From Tubulanus polymorphus (taxonomy: Eukaryota > Animalia > Nemertea): a stretch of 64,000 bases of DNA. This document shows positions 42,962 through 53,706 of the stretch, in pieces. Each line of letters begins with the position of its first letter. The first letter of the stretch is position 1. The stretch spans positions 17,181,653 to 17,245,652 of the forward strand of contig NC_134028.1 of assembly GCF_964204645.1 (NCBI RefSeq). The letters are read 5' to 3'. The notes beneath the pieces are model-generated. The model ran no database searches, was not told the DNA's origin, and saw only the letters and a program-made list of their open reading frames with translations. The position numbers were made by a program, and so were the translations under genes.

Positions 42962-43394
42962 CAGAAAACCCGTTATCGCTGCTTTGCAGCTATATTTATA
43001 ATTATTATTGGACTCGGACCCGCTGAGCAATAAATTCATAAAATTGACTTTGAAATTGATTGTGGAGAAGAGAGGGAATAATTCGATAGCTCTTCCTCAT
43101 AAAGAAGAGAGAAATTTCGGAAAGAAAACACAACATGGCTACTATTTGAACGGAACCAAATTTCCGATGTTTACGGCTCGACAGTGCCTTTATAACGTGG
43201 ATTTATCAAAATTCCCATGCAGTATCTGGAGATTGAAGTGAGCTGAAGGATATCATACGGATTGTATCGGCGACAGCGGTAAGGCAAGGAAGCCTTTACA
43301 CTTTTAACAAAAACTGTGTGGAAAAGGGAAAAAAATAATAATAATCACGCGAATTTCAATAGGGTTTTCTGTGAAGAAACAGAAAACCCTAATT
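42962..43394. mobile_element. Termini of a second HINE-like family (3'-type end on +, 5'-type end on -)
   Basis: CAGAAAACCC (42962-42971) followed by the hairpin GCTGC-ttt-GCAGC and TATATTT; 13-bp stem TAGGGTTTTCTGT/ACAGAAAACCCTA (43360-43391) next to an (AAT)n tract; both share the CAGAAAACCC word. Confidence 0.45.
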
Positions 43395-44203
43395 AAGATC
43401 AGAAAAGCTAATAATGCAGTAGTAACTAATGCTATAGATAATTTGATAAAAAATATTTATGGAAGCAAATATAAAATTCCATACGCAATTCAAGAAGATA
43501 TTATATTCGAAATAACATTTGCTCCTGTTAATGAAATTGTGTTATCTAGCGTTGTTAAAGATATGGGTTATGAATTATCGAATATATGTTTAGAATATAA
43601 TACAGTAACTGATGAAAATATTGCTAACACAATTCAAACTCAATACAATCAAGGATTTTCATTATTATATGATTATATTGATAAATTTAAAACTGTAACT
43701 ATTAATGCAAATGATGAAATAATTAATGAGAATATTAACTTCCCAAGAAGATCTATTAAAGGTATATTAATATTTTTTACCATTGCAACATATTCTAATG
43801 GCGCAATACAGGCCGATAATTATTATAATCCTTAAATAACAAAAGTAGAAATAACTATCGAAGGAATAGCAAATAAAATATTTTGTCAAGGAATGAGAAT
43901 GATAGATCAATGGCCAAAAATTAGAAAACATTTATGAATGAAAAAGTAAAATCATCTGAAAATTGTAATATTAATCAAATTGATTATTATACCGGTAATA
44001 AATACGCACTATGGTTAGATTTTAGAACAACAGTGGATAATTCATTACATGGTTCTGGGAAAAAATTACAAAATACAAAAAATGGAATACAATTATTCAT
44101 GAAAAAGAAAAAAGGAATAAAAAATTTCAAAATGCACGTTTATATTATATCTGACGCGCAATTAAATATTATGAATTCTCAATTAGAAAGTATTCAATAT
44201 TAG
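43392..44203 (+). pseudogene. C-terminal part of putative major capsid protein (premature stop and frameshift)
   Basis: ORF pieces 43371-43835 and 43934-44203 are collinear with the longer copy at 52444-53686; beta-rich segments (IIFEITFAP, ICLEYNTV, PRRSIKGILIFF, KYALWLDFRT, MHVYIISDA). The capsid call is inferred from size, composition and gene context. Confidence 0.55.
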
Positions 44204-44233
44204 AAATATAAAGTTAAAATTAACGATATATAA

Positions 44234-46105
44234 ATGGGGGGTAAAAATACTCCCAATACTAAAGAACAATATCTAAGAAATTTATATTACAACCCTGAGA
44301 GTTTGGTTGCTTATTCTTCTACCAAAGATATATGGCGTCAAGTAAAACAAGATAAATTAGATAAGATAATCCACCAAAATTTAGTTAAATATAAAGATAT
44401 AAATGAATTTATGTTAGAACAACCAACATATACAACACATAAAAAAATTGTTAGAAAATATCAAACTTGTAAAACTATGGTAAGTTATGTAGATGAACAG
44501 CGGTACTCGAAAAACGCCTAATGAAATACACCGAATCGGAAAGCGCATAACGCCTAATTCCTAGAAAATGACCTAATTTCGTAACTGCACCATCTACTGA
44601 GACTCACAATCCAACTCATCAACGGAACAGTTTGAAAATACATGTGTTTTACGCTTCACGAAACGAGACTACTACTCTAATAAACTTCATTATAGGATGA
44701 TGATAGAATGTCCGCCGTGTAAACTGAAACAGTTTACACTTCTATGATAACGCGAAAACAAACGTCGTGGTTATAAACCGGCTTTCTAGAATTTTGAAAC
44801 CGGAATGCATAAATATGGTACAACCTACGCTCGTAGGAACAACGCACACAAAGACTGATAAAATAGCTTTTCTCAAAATTATCCTCCAAAACTGTTCACA
44901 ACCACGCTAATGTGAACCTACCGAACCAATGAGAGACTAAATAATGTCCAGCCCCTGAACTTCCTTGAACAAAAGATAATAAACTATATGTTCCATATAA
45001 AAAATATGATGTCTTTTATTATCATAATACTCTGTCTTAATATGAAATAATAACACAGATAAGACAGTAGAAACGAAGTGGAACAGGCGGCGCTCCACGC
45101 ACTCCGACGTGAACTATGTAGCGTTGCGTACATAGTTCACGTAGGAATTTATGTCAATTTCTTGGATGTTACTTGAATTAGGCGTTATGCGTTTTCCGAT
45201 CCGGTGTTTTTCATTAGGCGTTTTTCGAATACCGAGATGAACAGTGGCAAAGAGATTTAATTGATATGAAAAATGGTAAGAAAGATAATGATGATTATTG
45301 GTGGATATTGAATATAATTGATATTTTTAGTCGTTATGTATGGAGCTTCCCACTTTATAGAAAAGATGCTGTACAAACATCCTTAGTTTAAAAAAAAATT
45401 CTTTCGGATGATAAACTAAAACCAGAAAAAATACAATTTGATGATGGAAAAGAATTTGATAATTCATCTGTTCATGAACTCTTGGATTATTATAATATTA
45501 AATATTTTTCATAAAAATCGGATAAAAAAGCAGCAGTTGTTGAACGATTTAATAGAACATTAAGAACAAGAATGTGGAAATATTTTACAGCAAATAATAC
45601 TTTTAAATGGATTGATGTTTTACCAAAATTGATAGAAGGTTATGATAATTCCTATCATTCTTCTATTGGAATGAAGCCTATTGATGCTAGAAAACCTGAA
45701 AATGCTGAAATTGTTTGCAATAATTTATATGGGGCATTTCTTATAGATGATTTTGGTGAACCTAAATTTAAAGTTGGTCAAAATGTAAGAATTTCTAAAT
45801 ATAAAAAGATATTTGACAAAGGATACGATCGTTATTTTACTAGAGAAATATATAAAATAAAAAAGGTAATAACAACAAAACCATATGTCTATAAATTAGA
45901 AGATTTAAATGGTGAAGAAGTTGATGGGTATTCTTATGAAGAAGAATTAAGTTTAACTACTGAAAATTTAGAACAAGAATATAAAATTGAAAAAGTATTA
46001 AAAATAAAAACTATTAAAAGAAAAAAATATTCTATATTAAAATGGGTTGGATGGCCAGATAAATTTAATGAACGGATATTATCAAGTAAAATTAAAAATA
46101 TATAA
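44234..46105 (+). pseudogene. Retroviral-type (rve) integrase with C-terminal chromodomain, disrupted by a MITE, a frameshift and a stop
   Basis: LRNLYYNPE N-terminus; WQRDLIDM, QFDDGKEF and VVERFNRT motifs readable after the MITE; GMKP, FKVGQNVRIS, F.KGY and chromodomain YKIEKVL...KWVGWPDKFN. Confidence 0.9.
44501..45234. mobile_element. MITE with about 60-bp TIRs and 10-bp TSD (Mutator-like)
   Basis: Left CGGTACTCGAAAAACGCCTAATGAAATACACCGAATCGGAAAGCGCATAACGCCTAATT is nearly the reverse complement of the right end; TSD AGATGAACAG at 44491-44500 and 45235-45244; absent from the homologous site in copy B. Confidence 0.93.
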
Positions 46106-46711
46106 ATGAATAAGGAATTATTTATATTTGAGCCTCATAATATGTTAATTTCTGGCGTAACAAATTGTGGAAAAACTTATTTTATACTAAATTTATTAGA
46201 AACTATTTATAAAAACTATTGTGATAATATAGTATTGTTTTGTCCAACATATGAATTTAATCAAACTTATGATAGAAATATTACTAGAAATAATAAATTT
46301 ATTATATTTAATCCTAAAACAGTAAAAGCAAATTTAGATAATTGTATAAAAATAGCAATTGATATTTATAAAGGATCAAATACATTATTCATTATAGATG
46401 ATTGCGCAAATTTACATGATTCAAAAGTGAGAGAAAGTGAGTTATGTTATCTAGCTTTCTCTGGAAAACATTTTGGGATAACAACATGGGTTTTGAATCA
46501 AAAATATAATTCAATTAAAGATTTTAGAGAAAACATTAGATTTTTAGTTTTATTCTACAATAAAGATAGAAAATCGATGAAAAATGCACTTGAGGAAAAT
46601 GATATTATTCCACATGATTTACATAATGAATATATGGATAAATTGAAAAATAATAAAAGATCAAAATTTTTATTTCGATTACAGCACCCATTTAAATATG
46701 ATTTTATTTAA
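46106..46711 (+). CDS. A32/FtsK-HerA-type viral DNA packaging ATPase
   Basis: Walker A ISGVTNCGKT, Walker B LFIIDDC, then SGKHFGITTWVLNQKY (GRH...Q motif region, here R to K) and FRENIRFLVLF; 201 aa; start codon abuts the integrase stop (TAAATG). Confidence 0.88.
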   Translation: MNKELFIFEPHNMLISGVTNCGKTYFILNLLETIYKNYCDNIVLFCPTYEFNQTYDRNITRNNKFIIFNPKTVKANLDNCIKIAIDIYKGSNTLFIIDDCANLHDSKVRESELCYLAFSGKHFGITTWVLNQKYNSIKDFRENIRFLVLFYNKDRKSMKNALEENDIIPHDLHNEYMDKLKNNKRSKFLFRLQHPFKYDFI

Positions 46712-46713
46712 AT

Positions 46714-46892
46714 TCAACTAGCTTGTTAATCTAGTATATTTTTAGTTACATTCTAGTTGAATTCTAGTTGTTAGTAGTTGAAACAAAAATCAAATAAAAT
46801 TCAACAAGAAAAATAACATAAAAACAACAATATTTCAACTAGCTTGTTAATCTAGTTGAATTCTAGTTACATTCTAGTTGAATTCTAGTTGC
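46714..46892. repeat. Intergenic block of direct and inverted CTAGTTGA/TCAACTAG motifs
   Basis: TTCAACTAGCTTGTTAATCTAGT...TAGTTACATTCTAGTTGAATTCTAGTTG occurs twice; conserved in reverse at about 50768-50946. Confidence 0.8.
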
Positions 46893-46922
46893 AACAACAC
46901 AACTAATTTGTTTGTTATATAA

Positions 46923-47513
46923 ATGGGAGGTGAAAAGAAAATAAAATCTAAAAATAGTGATGTTCCAATTGAAAAAACTTTAGATGATTTAGGAATAACA
47001 GAAACAAAATTAACTCCAGATAATGGTGCTTTAAATAATGTTACAACAAATAATAATTATGAATATTATCTTTATTGCAAACATCAATTAGAAATATTAA
47101 TAGCATCTGGGAAATGTAAAAATTTTATTGGTAAAAATTTAACTTATGATGAATTAGATACAATGAAATCAGATGAAATTATTAGATTATTTAAGATTTA
47201 TGAAACTGCGAGAACAGCTAGAATTAATGACGCGATATCAGAAAATGTAGCAAAAGGTTATAGTAAATTATGCAAATATATACTACCAATTGAAGATGAA
47301 AATAGATTATATTCCGATTTAAAAAATGATTATTTAGTTATGACTAAATTAAATAAATGGATTGGATATTTATCATTTCAATTAGGTGGATTTATGACAT
47401 TATTATCAACTGGAGTTATAACATTTTCAAATATTGAAAGTAAAAATTTTTCTATAATAAATGAGCAAGGTGGAAGAAGTGAAGAAAGAACCGAGAACTC
47501 CGAAACAAATTGA
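46923..47513 (+). CDS. Conserved hypothetical viral protein (196 aa)
   Basis: Open ORF with TAAATG start; homologous to the disrupted copy at 50219-50738; hydrophobic segment near the C-terminus. Confidence 0.65.
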   Translation: MGGEKKIKSKNSDVPIEKTLDDLGITETKLTPDNGALNNVTTNNNYEYYLYCKHQLEILIASGKCKNFIGKNLTYDELDTMKSDEIIRLFKIYETARTARINDAISENVAKGYSKLCKYILPIEDENRLYSDLKNDYLVMTKLNKWIGYLSFQLGGFMTLLSTGVITFSNIESKNFSIINEQGGRSEERTENSETN

Positions 47514-47815
47514 CTGGTCTCGGCAATTAGGAATTAAATCACAAGAATATAAAAAAGCTGTAAAAGAAAAAATTAGTAATAAAAATGTTAATAAAAAATA
47601 GTGAAAATATTGTTATTTCTACTGCATCTAATAATAGAATATTTGATAAATATCTATATTTTACAGCTGGATTTGTAATTGAATTCATTTTGATTGGGTG
47701 TAGTTGGTATAAGAAATCAAATAAAATTTATGATATTAATAATTGTGAAACAACTGCTATTAAAAATGAAAATACTTCTGAAATTGCAAAAATTGACAAT
47801 AAAAAAATGGATTAA
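47461..47815 (+). pseudogene. Small basic protein with a predicted transmembrane segment, frameshifted
   Basis: TAAATG start at 47458-47463; homologous to MSKVEEVKKKPRTPKQIEWSRQLG in copy B; continues as YLYFTAGFVIEFILIGCSWY in ORF 47585-47815. Confidence 0.5.
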
Positions 47816-48428
47816 TATTTTAGAAAAAGCAAAAAAAGGGACACTTGAAATTTTTTTAAGTCCAATATATTCGATTGCAATTTTTATAATCCCTGTTCGC
47901 AAATAATCCGTCGCTCTTGAAAGTCCTCGATTCAAATGTTTTGGTAAGTCTTTTTACGCCAGTGTACGAAGTTGAAAAGTAGTCCAATATTTCTTTGGTA
48001 CTAGTATGTGTAGACACCAGTAATATTGTATCGCCAAGTGCAGGAATTACGATCTAGATTACCATGAAAAGGCATCCTCACTGCAAACATAAACCATGAT
48101 AAGGTAGGTCCGAGTGATGGTCTTCCAAATCACTAAGCCAACGGTTCCATCTGGCAGTCCAGATTCGTTCCACATACCCTGAAAAATATAAACACAAAAA
48201 GGTGCGGGTGAACTGTTTCTAAATTATACATATATATATATATACTTACACTATTTACAACCACAACAGACAGAGGCCAGTGAATCAATAAACCATGGAA
48301 AGGTATGTTCACCTAACCACCCAAGCTTATTGTGGGTCAAAAAGAGCAGGCAACCATGAAAGTGGGGAAAACCATAAACAGGCCATGATAAGGCGTTATC
48401 AGGTAACCCAGTTAGGCCTAGCCTGTCG

Positions 48429-48872
48429 TTATTGCTTAATGGAAGAGATAACATGGCTGAGAACATGATCCATTGTGGGCTTCTGGTAGTGTACTCCCAT
48501 GAAGTCAGAATCCCTGTAATCCGGATGGTCGATCTGTGTGAATCCGGCGCGTTGAGCAAAAACGTTCACTCTGTCGATGTTGATAATGCAACGCCGGTTC
48601 TTCCGAATACAGGGTGGCTTCGGAACCTCCAGATGGTAAAGGGGGATACCTGGATATCTGCCTTTCAGCTGGCCGTACAACCGGTTCAGGTCGTCCTCAA
48701 TCGAGTCGGAGTTCCGCATGTGATTCAACCCATGGTTGAAAACAATGGCGGAGCAATCCATGTGGAAACTCGGAAGAGAATCCAGGAGCTCAGCCACTGT
48801 CTCACCAGAGTGACTCAGCGGAAAGACTGATTCGGACACTTTGTCTCGACTGAACATGGAATCAGCAAGCAA
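48429..48872 (-). CDS. SGNH/GDSL hydrolase-like domain (partial ORF, no ATG start)
   Basis: Block-like motifs in the expected order: LLADSM (I), SHSGET (II), IVFNHGLNH (III), DFMGVHY (V, noncanonical spacing); region is GC-richer than the flanking viral arms. Confidence 0.55.
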   Translation of the reverse strand: MLADSMFSRDKVSESVFPLSHSGETVAELLDSLPSFHMDCSAIVFNHGLNHMRNSDSIEDDLNRLYGQLKGRYPGIPLYHLEVPKPPCIRKNRRCIINIDRVNVFAQRAGFTQIDHPDYRDSDFMGVHYQKPTMDHVLSHVISSIKQ

Positions 48873-49931
48873 AACACTCTCTTTGGCTTTGGTTTTGGCT
48901 TCGGTATACTTGCCATCTTTGACTGGAGTTTTTGCAACTTGCGCTCTAACCCTAAGGTACTCCCGCCGGCATCTCCAACCAACTTCTTCAGCTCACCCCC
49001 TAAGGTAGCAAACTAACCATCGGTGAGGGGGTGAATTTCCTCCCCATTGCCATCTTCAACCCGGTGATCAATGCCGCTGTGACGATCGTGTTTGGGTTGT
49101 GCAAGTTTTCTCGAGCGGATATGATCAATTCCGACGCTGAGGGGCAAGCCGGTTGTTCCTTCTGCTAGAAATTTCGCACAAATTTCGCCACTTCCTTGGT
49201 CCGGATCTTCTTGAAATTTTGCGTTTTCTCGTCCAGACGAAAGCTGAAGAACATCCATTTTCTCTTGTAAGCGCAGGGTCGAATTCAGCTGAAAAACATG
49301 AAATCGAGGAGAAACATGGTAAGTGATGGGCTAAGTAACAATCACATTAAACCGAGGAGGTAATGTCGGAAATGGTCAATCATGTCAACCATAGCGAGCA
49401 TTTCCTAAGATCTTGCAGTAGTTTGGCTAACTCGTGTGGGCTGATCTCTGGAGTGTTTTCAGGTTGTTCCTGTTTATCATTTTCCCGGATATTCATAACA
49501 TTCACGGAAGAAAGTGGGGCAGAAACAACCAGGAATAGGAAATTGGGGGTTTCAGATAATGAGGTCGGAGGTCGAGCTCACTCAACCTCTCTCCCTATAG
49601 CATGAAAGCCTCAATTCCCTATTACTCTTAATAATTTCATATAAATGAACATTATTTACATGAATTTCATTCATTTAAAAATCATTTATATGTTAATTAC
49701 AAAAGTGTGAGTAAAGTGTGAGAAATAATTCATATTTTAACAGATTTCGAATAAAAATATAAGTAAAAAAAATAGATTTTTAAACATAAAAGTGTGAGTA
49801 AAGTGTAAGTGAAATAACTCATTTCATACCAGAGAACGAGAGTACGAGACACCTCTCATCACTTTCATTTCCCACATGGTGATATTCAATTAATTAAAAT
49901 AAAATTATTTTTTTTGCTTTTTTCTTAAATA

Positions 49932-50271
49932 TTAATCCGTTTTTTTATTGTCAATTTTGGAATTTCAGAAGTATTTTCATTTTTGATAGCAGTTGTTTCA
50001 GAATTATTAATATCACGAATTTTATTTGATTTCTTATACCAACTACACCCAATCAACATGAATACAATTACAAATCCAGCTGTAAAATATAGATATTTAT
50101 CAAATATTCTATTATTAGAAGGAGTAGAAATAACAATATTTTCAAAATTTTTTTACTTATTTTTTCTTTTACAGCTTTTTTATATTCTCGTGACTTCATT
50201 CCTAATTGCCGAGACCATTCAATTTGTTTCGGAGTTCTCGGTTTTTTCTTCACTTCTTCCACCTTGCTCAT
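49932..50271 (-). pseudogene. Small basic/TM protein (homolog of 47461-47815), frameshifted
   Basis: ORF 50068-50271 MSKVEEVKKKPRTPKQIEW; nucleotide homology with copy A continues to about 49910. Confidence 0.5.
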
Positions 50272-50738
50272 TTATTATAGAAATATTTTTACTTTCAATA
50301 TTTGAAAATGTTATAACTCCAGTTGATAATAATGTCATAAATCCACCTAATTGAAATGATGAATATCCAATCCATTTATTTAATTCAGTCATAACTAAAT
50401 AATCATTTTTTAAATCGGCAATAATCGCATCATTAATTCTAGCTGTTCTCGCGGTTTCATAAATCTTAAATAATCTAATAATTTCATCTGATTTCATTGT
50501 ATCTAATTCATTATAAGTTAAATTTTTACCGATAAAATTTTTACATTTTCCAGATGCTATTAATATTTCTAATTGATGTTTGCAATAAAGATAATATTCA
50601 TAATTATTATTTGTTGTAACATTATTTAAAGCGCCATCATCTGGAGGTAATTTTGTTTCTGTTATTCCTAAATCATCTTAAGTTTTTTTCAATTGGAACA
50701 TCACCATTTTTTGATTTTATTTTCTTTTCACCTCCCAT
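50219..50738 (-). pseudogene. Homolog of 46923-47513 with internal deletion
   Basis: RINDAI-IADLKNDY versus RINDAISENVAKGYSKLCKYILPIEDENRLYSDLKNDY; ATG at 50738 (TAAATG) is out of frame with ORF 50219-50497. Confidence 0.75.
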
Positions 50739-50946
50739 TTATATAACTAACAAATTAGTTGTGTTGTTGCAACTAGAATTCAACTAGAATGTAACTAGAA
50801 TTCTACTAGATTAACAAGCTAGTTGAAATATTGTTGTTTTTATTTATTTCTTTTTGAATTTTATTTGATTTTTGTTTCAACTACCAATAACTAGATTTCA
50901 ACTAGAATGGAACTAGTATTCAACTAGATTAACAAGCCAGTTGAAT

Positions 50947-51286
50947 TTAGATAAATTCATATTTACATGAGTGTTGTAATCTAAATAGTAATTTTGATCG
51001 TTTATTATTTTTCAATTTATCCATATATTCATTATGTAAATCATGTGGAATAATATCATTTTCCTCAAGTGCATTTTTCATCGATTTCCTATCTTTATTG
51101 TAGAATAATACTAAAAATCTTATATTCTCCCTAAAGTCTTTAACAATTATATTTTTGATTTAAACCCCATGTTGTTATTCCAAAAGTAGTTTCTAATAAA
51201 TTTAATATAAAATAAGTTTTTCCACAGTTTGTTACGCCAGAAATTAACATATTATGAGGTTCAAATATAAATAATTCCTTATTCAT
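50947..51286 (-). pseudogene. Packaging ATPase remnant with about 260-bp internal deletion
   Basis: MNKELFIFEPHNMLISGVTNCGKT start is present; near 51185 the sequence jumps from LLET to FGITTW, removing Walker B. Confidence 0.85.
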
Positions 51287-52413
51287 TTATATATTTTTAA
51301 TTTTACTTGATAATATCCATTCATTAAATTCATCTGGCCACCCAACCCATTTTACTAAAGAATATTTTTTTCTTTTATTAGTTTTTGTTTTTAATACTTT
51401 TTCAATTTTATATTCTTGTTCTAGATTTTCAGTAGTTAAACTCAATTCTTCTTCGTAAAAGTAGCCATCAACTTCTTCACCATCTAAATCTTCTAATTTA
51501 TAGACATATGGTTTTGTTGTTATTACCTTTTTTATTTTATATATTTCCCTAGTAAAATTTCGATCGTATCCTTTATCAAATATCTTTTTGTACTTAGAAA
51601 TTCTAACATTTTGACCAACTTTAAATTTAGGTTTACCAAAATCATCTACAAGAAATACCCCATACAAGTTATTCCAAACAATTTCAGCATTTTCAGGTTT
51701 TCTAGCATCAATAGGCTTCATTCCAATAGAAGAATGATAAGAATTATTATAACCTTCTATCAATTTTGGTAAAACATCAATCCATTTAAAAGTATTATTT
51801 GCTGTAAAATATTTCCACATTCTTGTTCTTAATGTTCTATTAAATCGTTCAACAACTGCTGCTTTTTTATCCGATATTGTTGAAAAATATTTAATATTAT
51901 AATAATCCAAGAGTTCACGAACAGATGAATTATCAAATTCTTTTCCATCATCAAATTGTATTTTTTCTGGTTTTAGTTTATCATCCGAAAGAAATTTTCT
52001 TAAAACATTTGATGTTTGTGCAGCATCTTTTCTGTAAAGTGGGAAGCTCCATACATAACGACTAAAAATATCAACTATGTTTAAGATCCACCAATAATCA
52101 TCATTAACTTTCTTAACATTTTTCATATCAATTAAATCTCCTTGCCACTGTTGATCTACATAACTTACCATAGTTTTACGAGTTTTATATTTTCTAACAA
52201 TAGTTTATGCGTTGTATATGTTGGTTGTTCTAACAAAAATTCATTTATATCTTTATATTTAACTAAATTTTGTGGGATTATCTTATCTAATTTATCTTGT
52301 TTTACTTGGCGCCATATATTTTTTACAGAAGAATAAGCAACCGAACTCTCAGCGTTGTAATATAGATTTCTTAAATATTGTTCTTTAGTATTAGGAGTTT
52401 TTTTACCACCCAT
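51287..52413 (-). pseudogene. Chromodomain rve integrase, one frameshift near the N-terminus, catalytic core open
   Basis: ORFs 52165-52413 and 51287-52171; D (WQGDLIDM), D (QFDDGKEF), E (VVERFNRT); chromodomain YKIEKVL...YSLVKWVGWPDEFNEWI. Confidence 0.93.
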
Positions 52414-52443
52414 TTATATATCGTTAATTTTAACTTAATATTT

Positions 52444-53686
52444 CTAATATTGAATACTTTCTAATTGAGAATTCATAATATTTCTATCATTGAATACTTT
52501 CTAATTGAGAATTTACAACATTTATTTGCGCGTCAGATATAATATAAATGTGCATTTTGAAATTTTTGATTCCTTTTTTCTTTTTTCATGAATAATTGTA
52601 TTCCATCTTTTGTATTTTGTAATTTTTTCCCAGAACCATGTAATAAATTATCTTCAGTTGTTTTAAAATCTATCCATAATGAATATTTATTATTACCGGT
52701 ATAATAATCAATTTGATTAATATTACAATTTTCAGATGATTTTACTTTTTCATTCATAAAATGTTTTCTAATTTCTGGCTATTGATCTATCATTCTCATT
52801 CCTTGACAAAATATTTTATTTGCTATTCCTTCGATAGTTATTTCTACTTTTGTTATTTCAGGATTATAATAATTATCAACATTAATTGTGCCATCTGAAT
52901 ATGTTGCAATAGTAAAAAATATTAATATACCTTTAATAGATCTTCTTGGGAAGTTAATATTCTCATTAATTATTTCATCATTTGCATTAATAGTTACAGT
53001 TTTAAATTTATCAATATAATCATATCATAATGAAAATCCTCGATTGTATTGAGTTTTAATTGAGTTAGCAATATTTTCATCAGTTACTGTATCATATTCT
53101 AAACATATATTCGATAATTTTTAACCCATATCTTTAAAATTGCTAGATAATACAATTTCATTTACAGGAGCAAATGTTATTTCGAATATAACATCTTCTT
53201 GAATTGCGTATTTATATAAAGGTGCATTATTATTTATCAATTCAAAGTCTAATCGAATTTGATATTTGCTTCCATAAATCTTTTTTATCAAATAATCTAC
53301 GTCATTAGTTACTACTGCATTATTAGCTTCTGATCTTAATTTATTTTGGTTTTCTGATTGGATGCCTTAAAATATCATATTATTTCTATTTTCTTTTGTT
53401 AACCTGTTTCTGGACCAATCTTTATAGTTAATTTTTCAATCAAATATCTTCCAACATTATCAACAACATAATTATTATTATTACCGGTTACTTTTATATT
53501 AGCGGATAAATAAATACTATTTGGAACATAAAAAGTCTTTTGTGTTAATCTAGGGATTCTAACATATAAAGTTTCATCGGGATTTATATTTGAAGGATTA
53601 TGAGTAATTATATGATGTGATCTTTCTGCTTTAATAGCATTAGATATTCTAGAATTCTTAGAAGGACTTACATAACTCCCACTCAT
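52444..53686 (-). pseudogene. Putative major capsid protein (about 400 aa, several frameshifts)
   Basis: N-terminus IITHNPSNINPDETLYVRIP...YVPNSIYLSANIKV...NVGRYLIEKLTIKIG resembles the start of Polinton-type double jelly-roll capsids; continues into the region shared with 43392-44203; short tandem duplication at the 3' end. Confidence 0.6.
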
Positions 53687-53706
53687 TTATTAAACAAAAA
53701 AATTAA

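Larger units (their letters stand above)
43392..47837 (+). mobile_element. Polinton/adintovirus-like endogenous viral element, copy A (truncated, decayed)
   Basis: Very AT-rich and gene-dense; gene order putative capsid - chromodomain integrase - packaging ATPase - two unknown ORFs; reverse-complement homologous to about 49910-53345. Confidence 0.85.

Noticed and set aside
49855-49878. LTR start (TGTGGG on -) or ISRE-like GAAATGAAAGT at the spacer edge
   Set aside because: No partner LTR or TSD located, and a single short motif is not significant.
44234-52413. LTR retrotransposon (chromovirus) or Ginger integrase
   Set aside because: No gag, RT, RNase H or LTRs; the integrase abuts a packaging ATPase and a capsid-like gene.
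43392-53345. Inverted arms as the TIRs of one giant transposon
   Set aside because: The arms consist of viral coding genes, copy B extends more than 4 kb beyond the homology, and no TSD was found.
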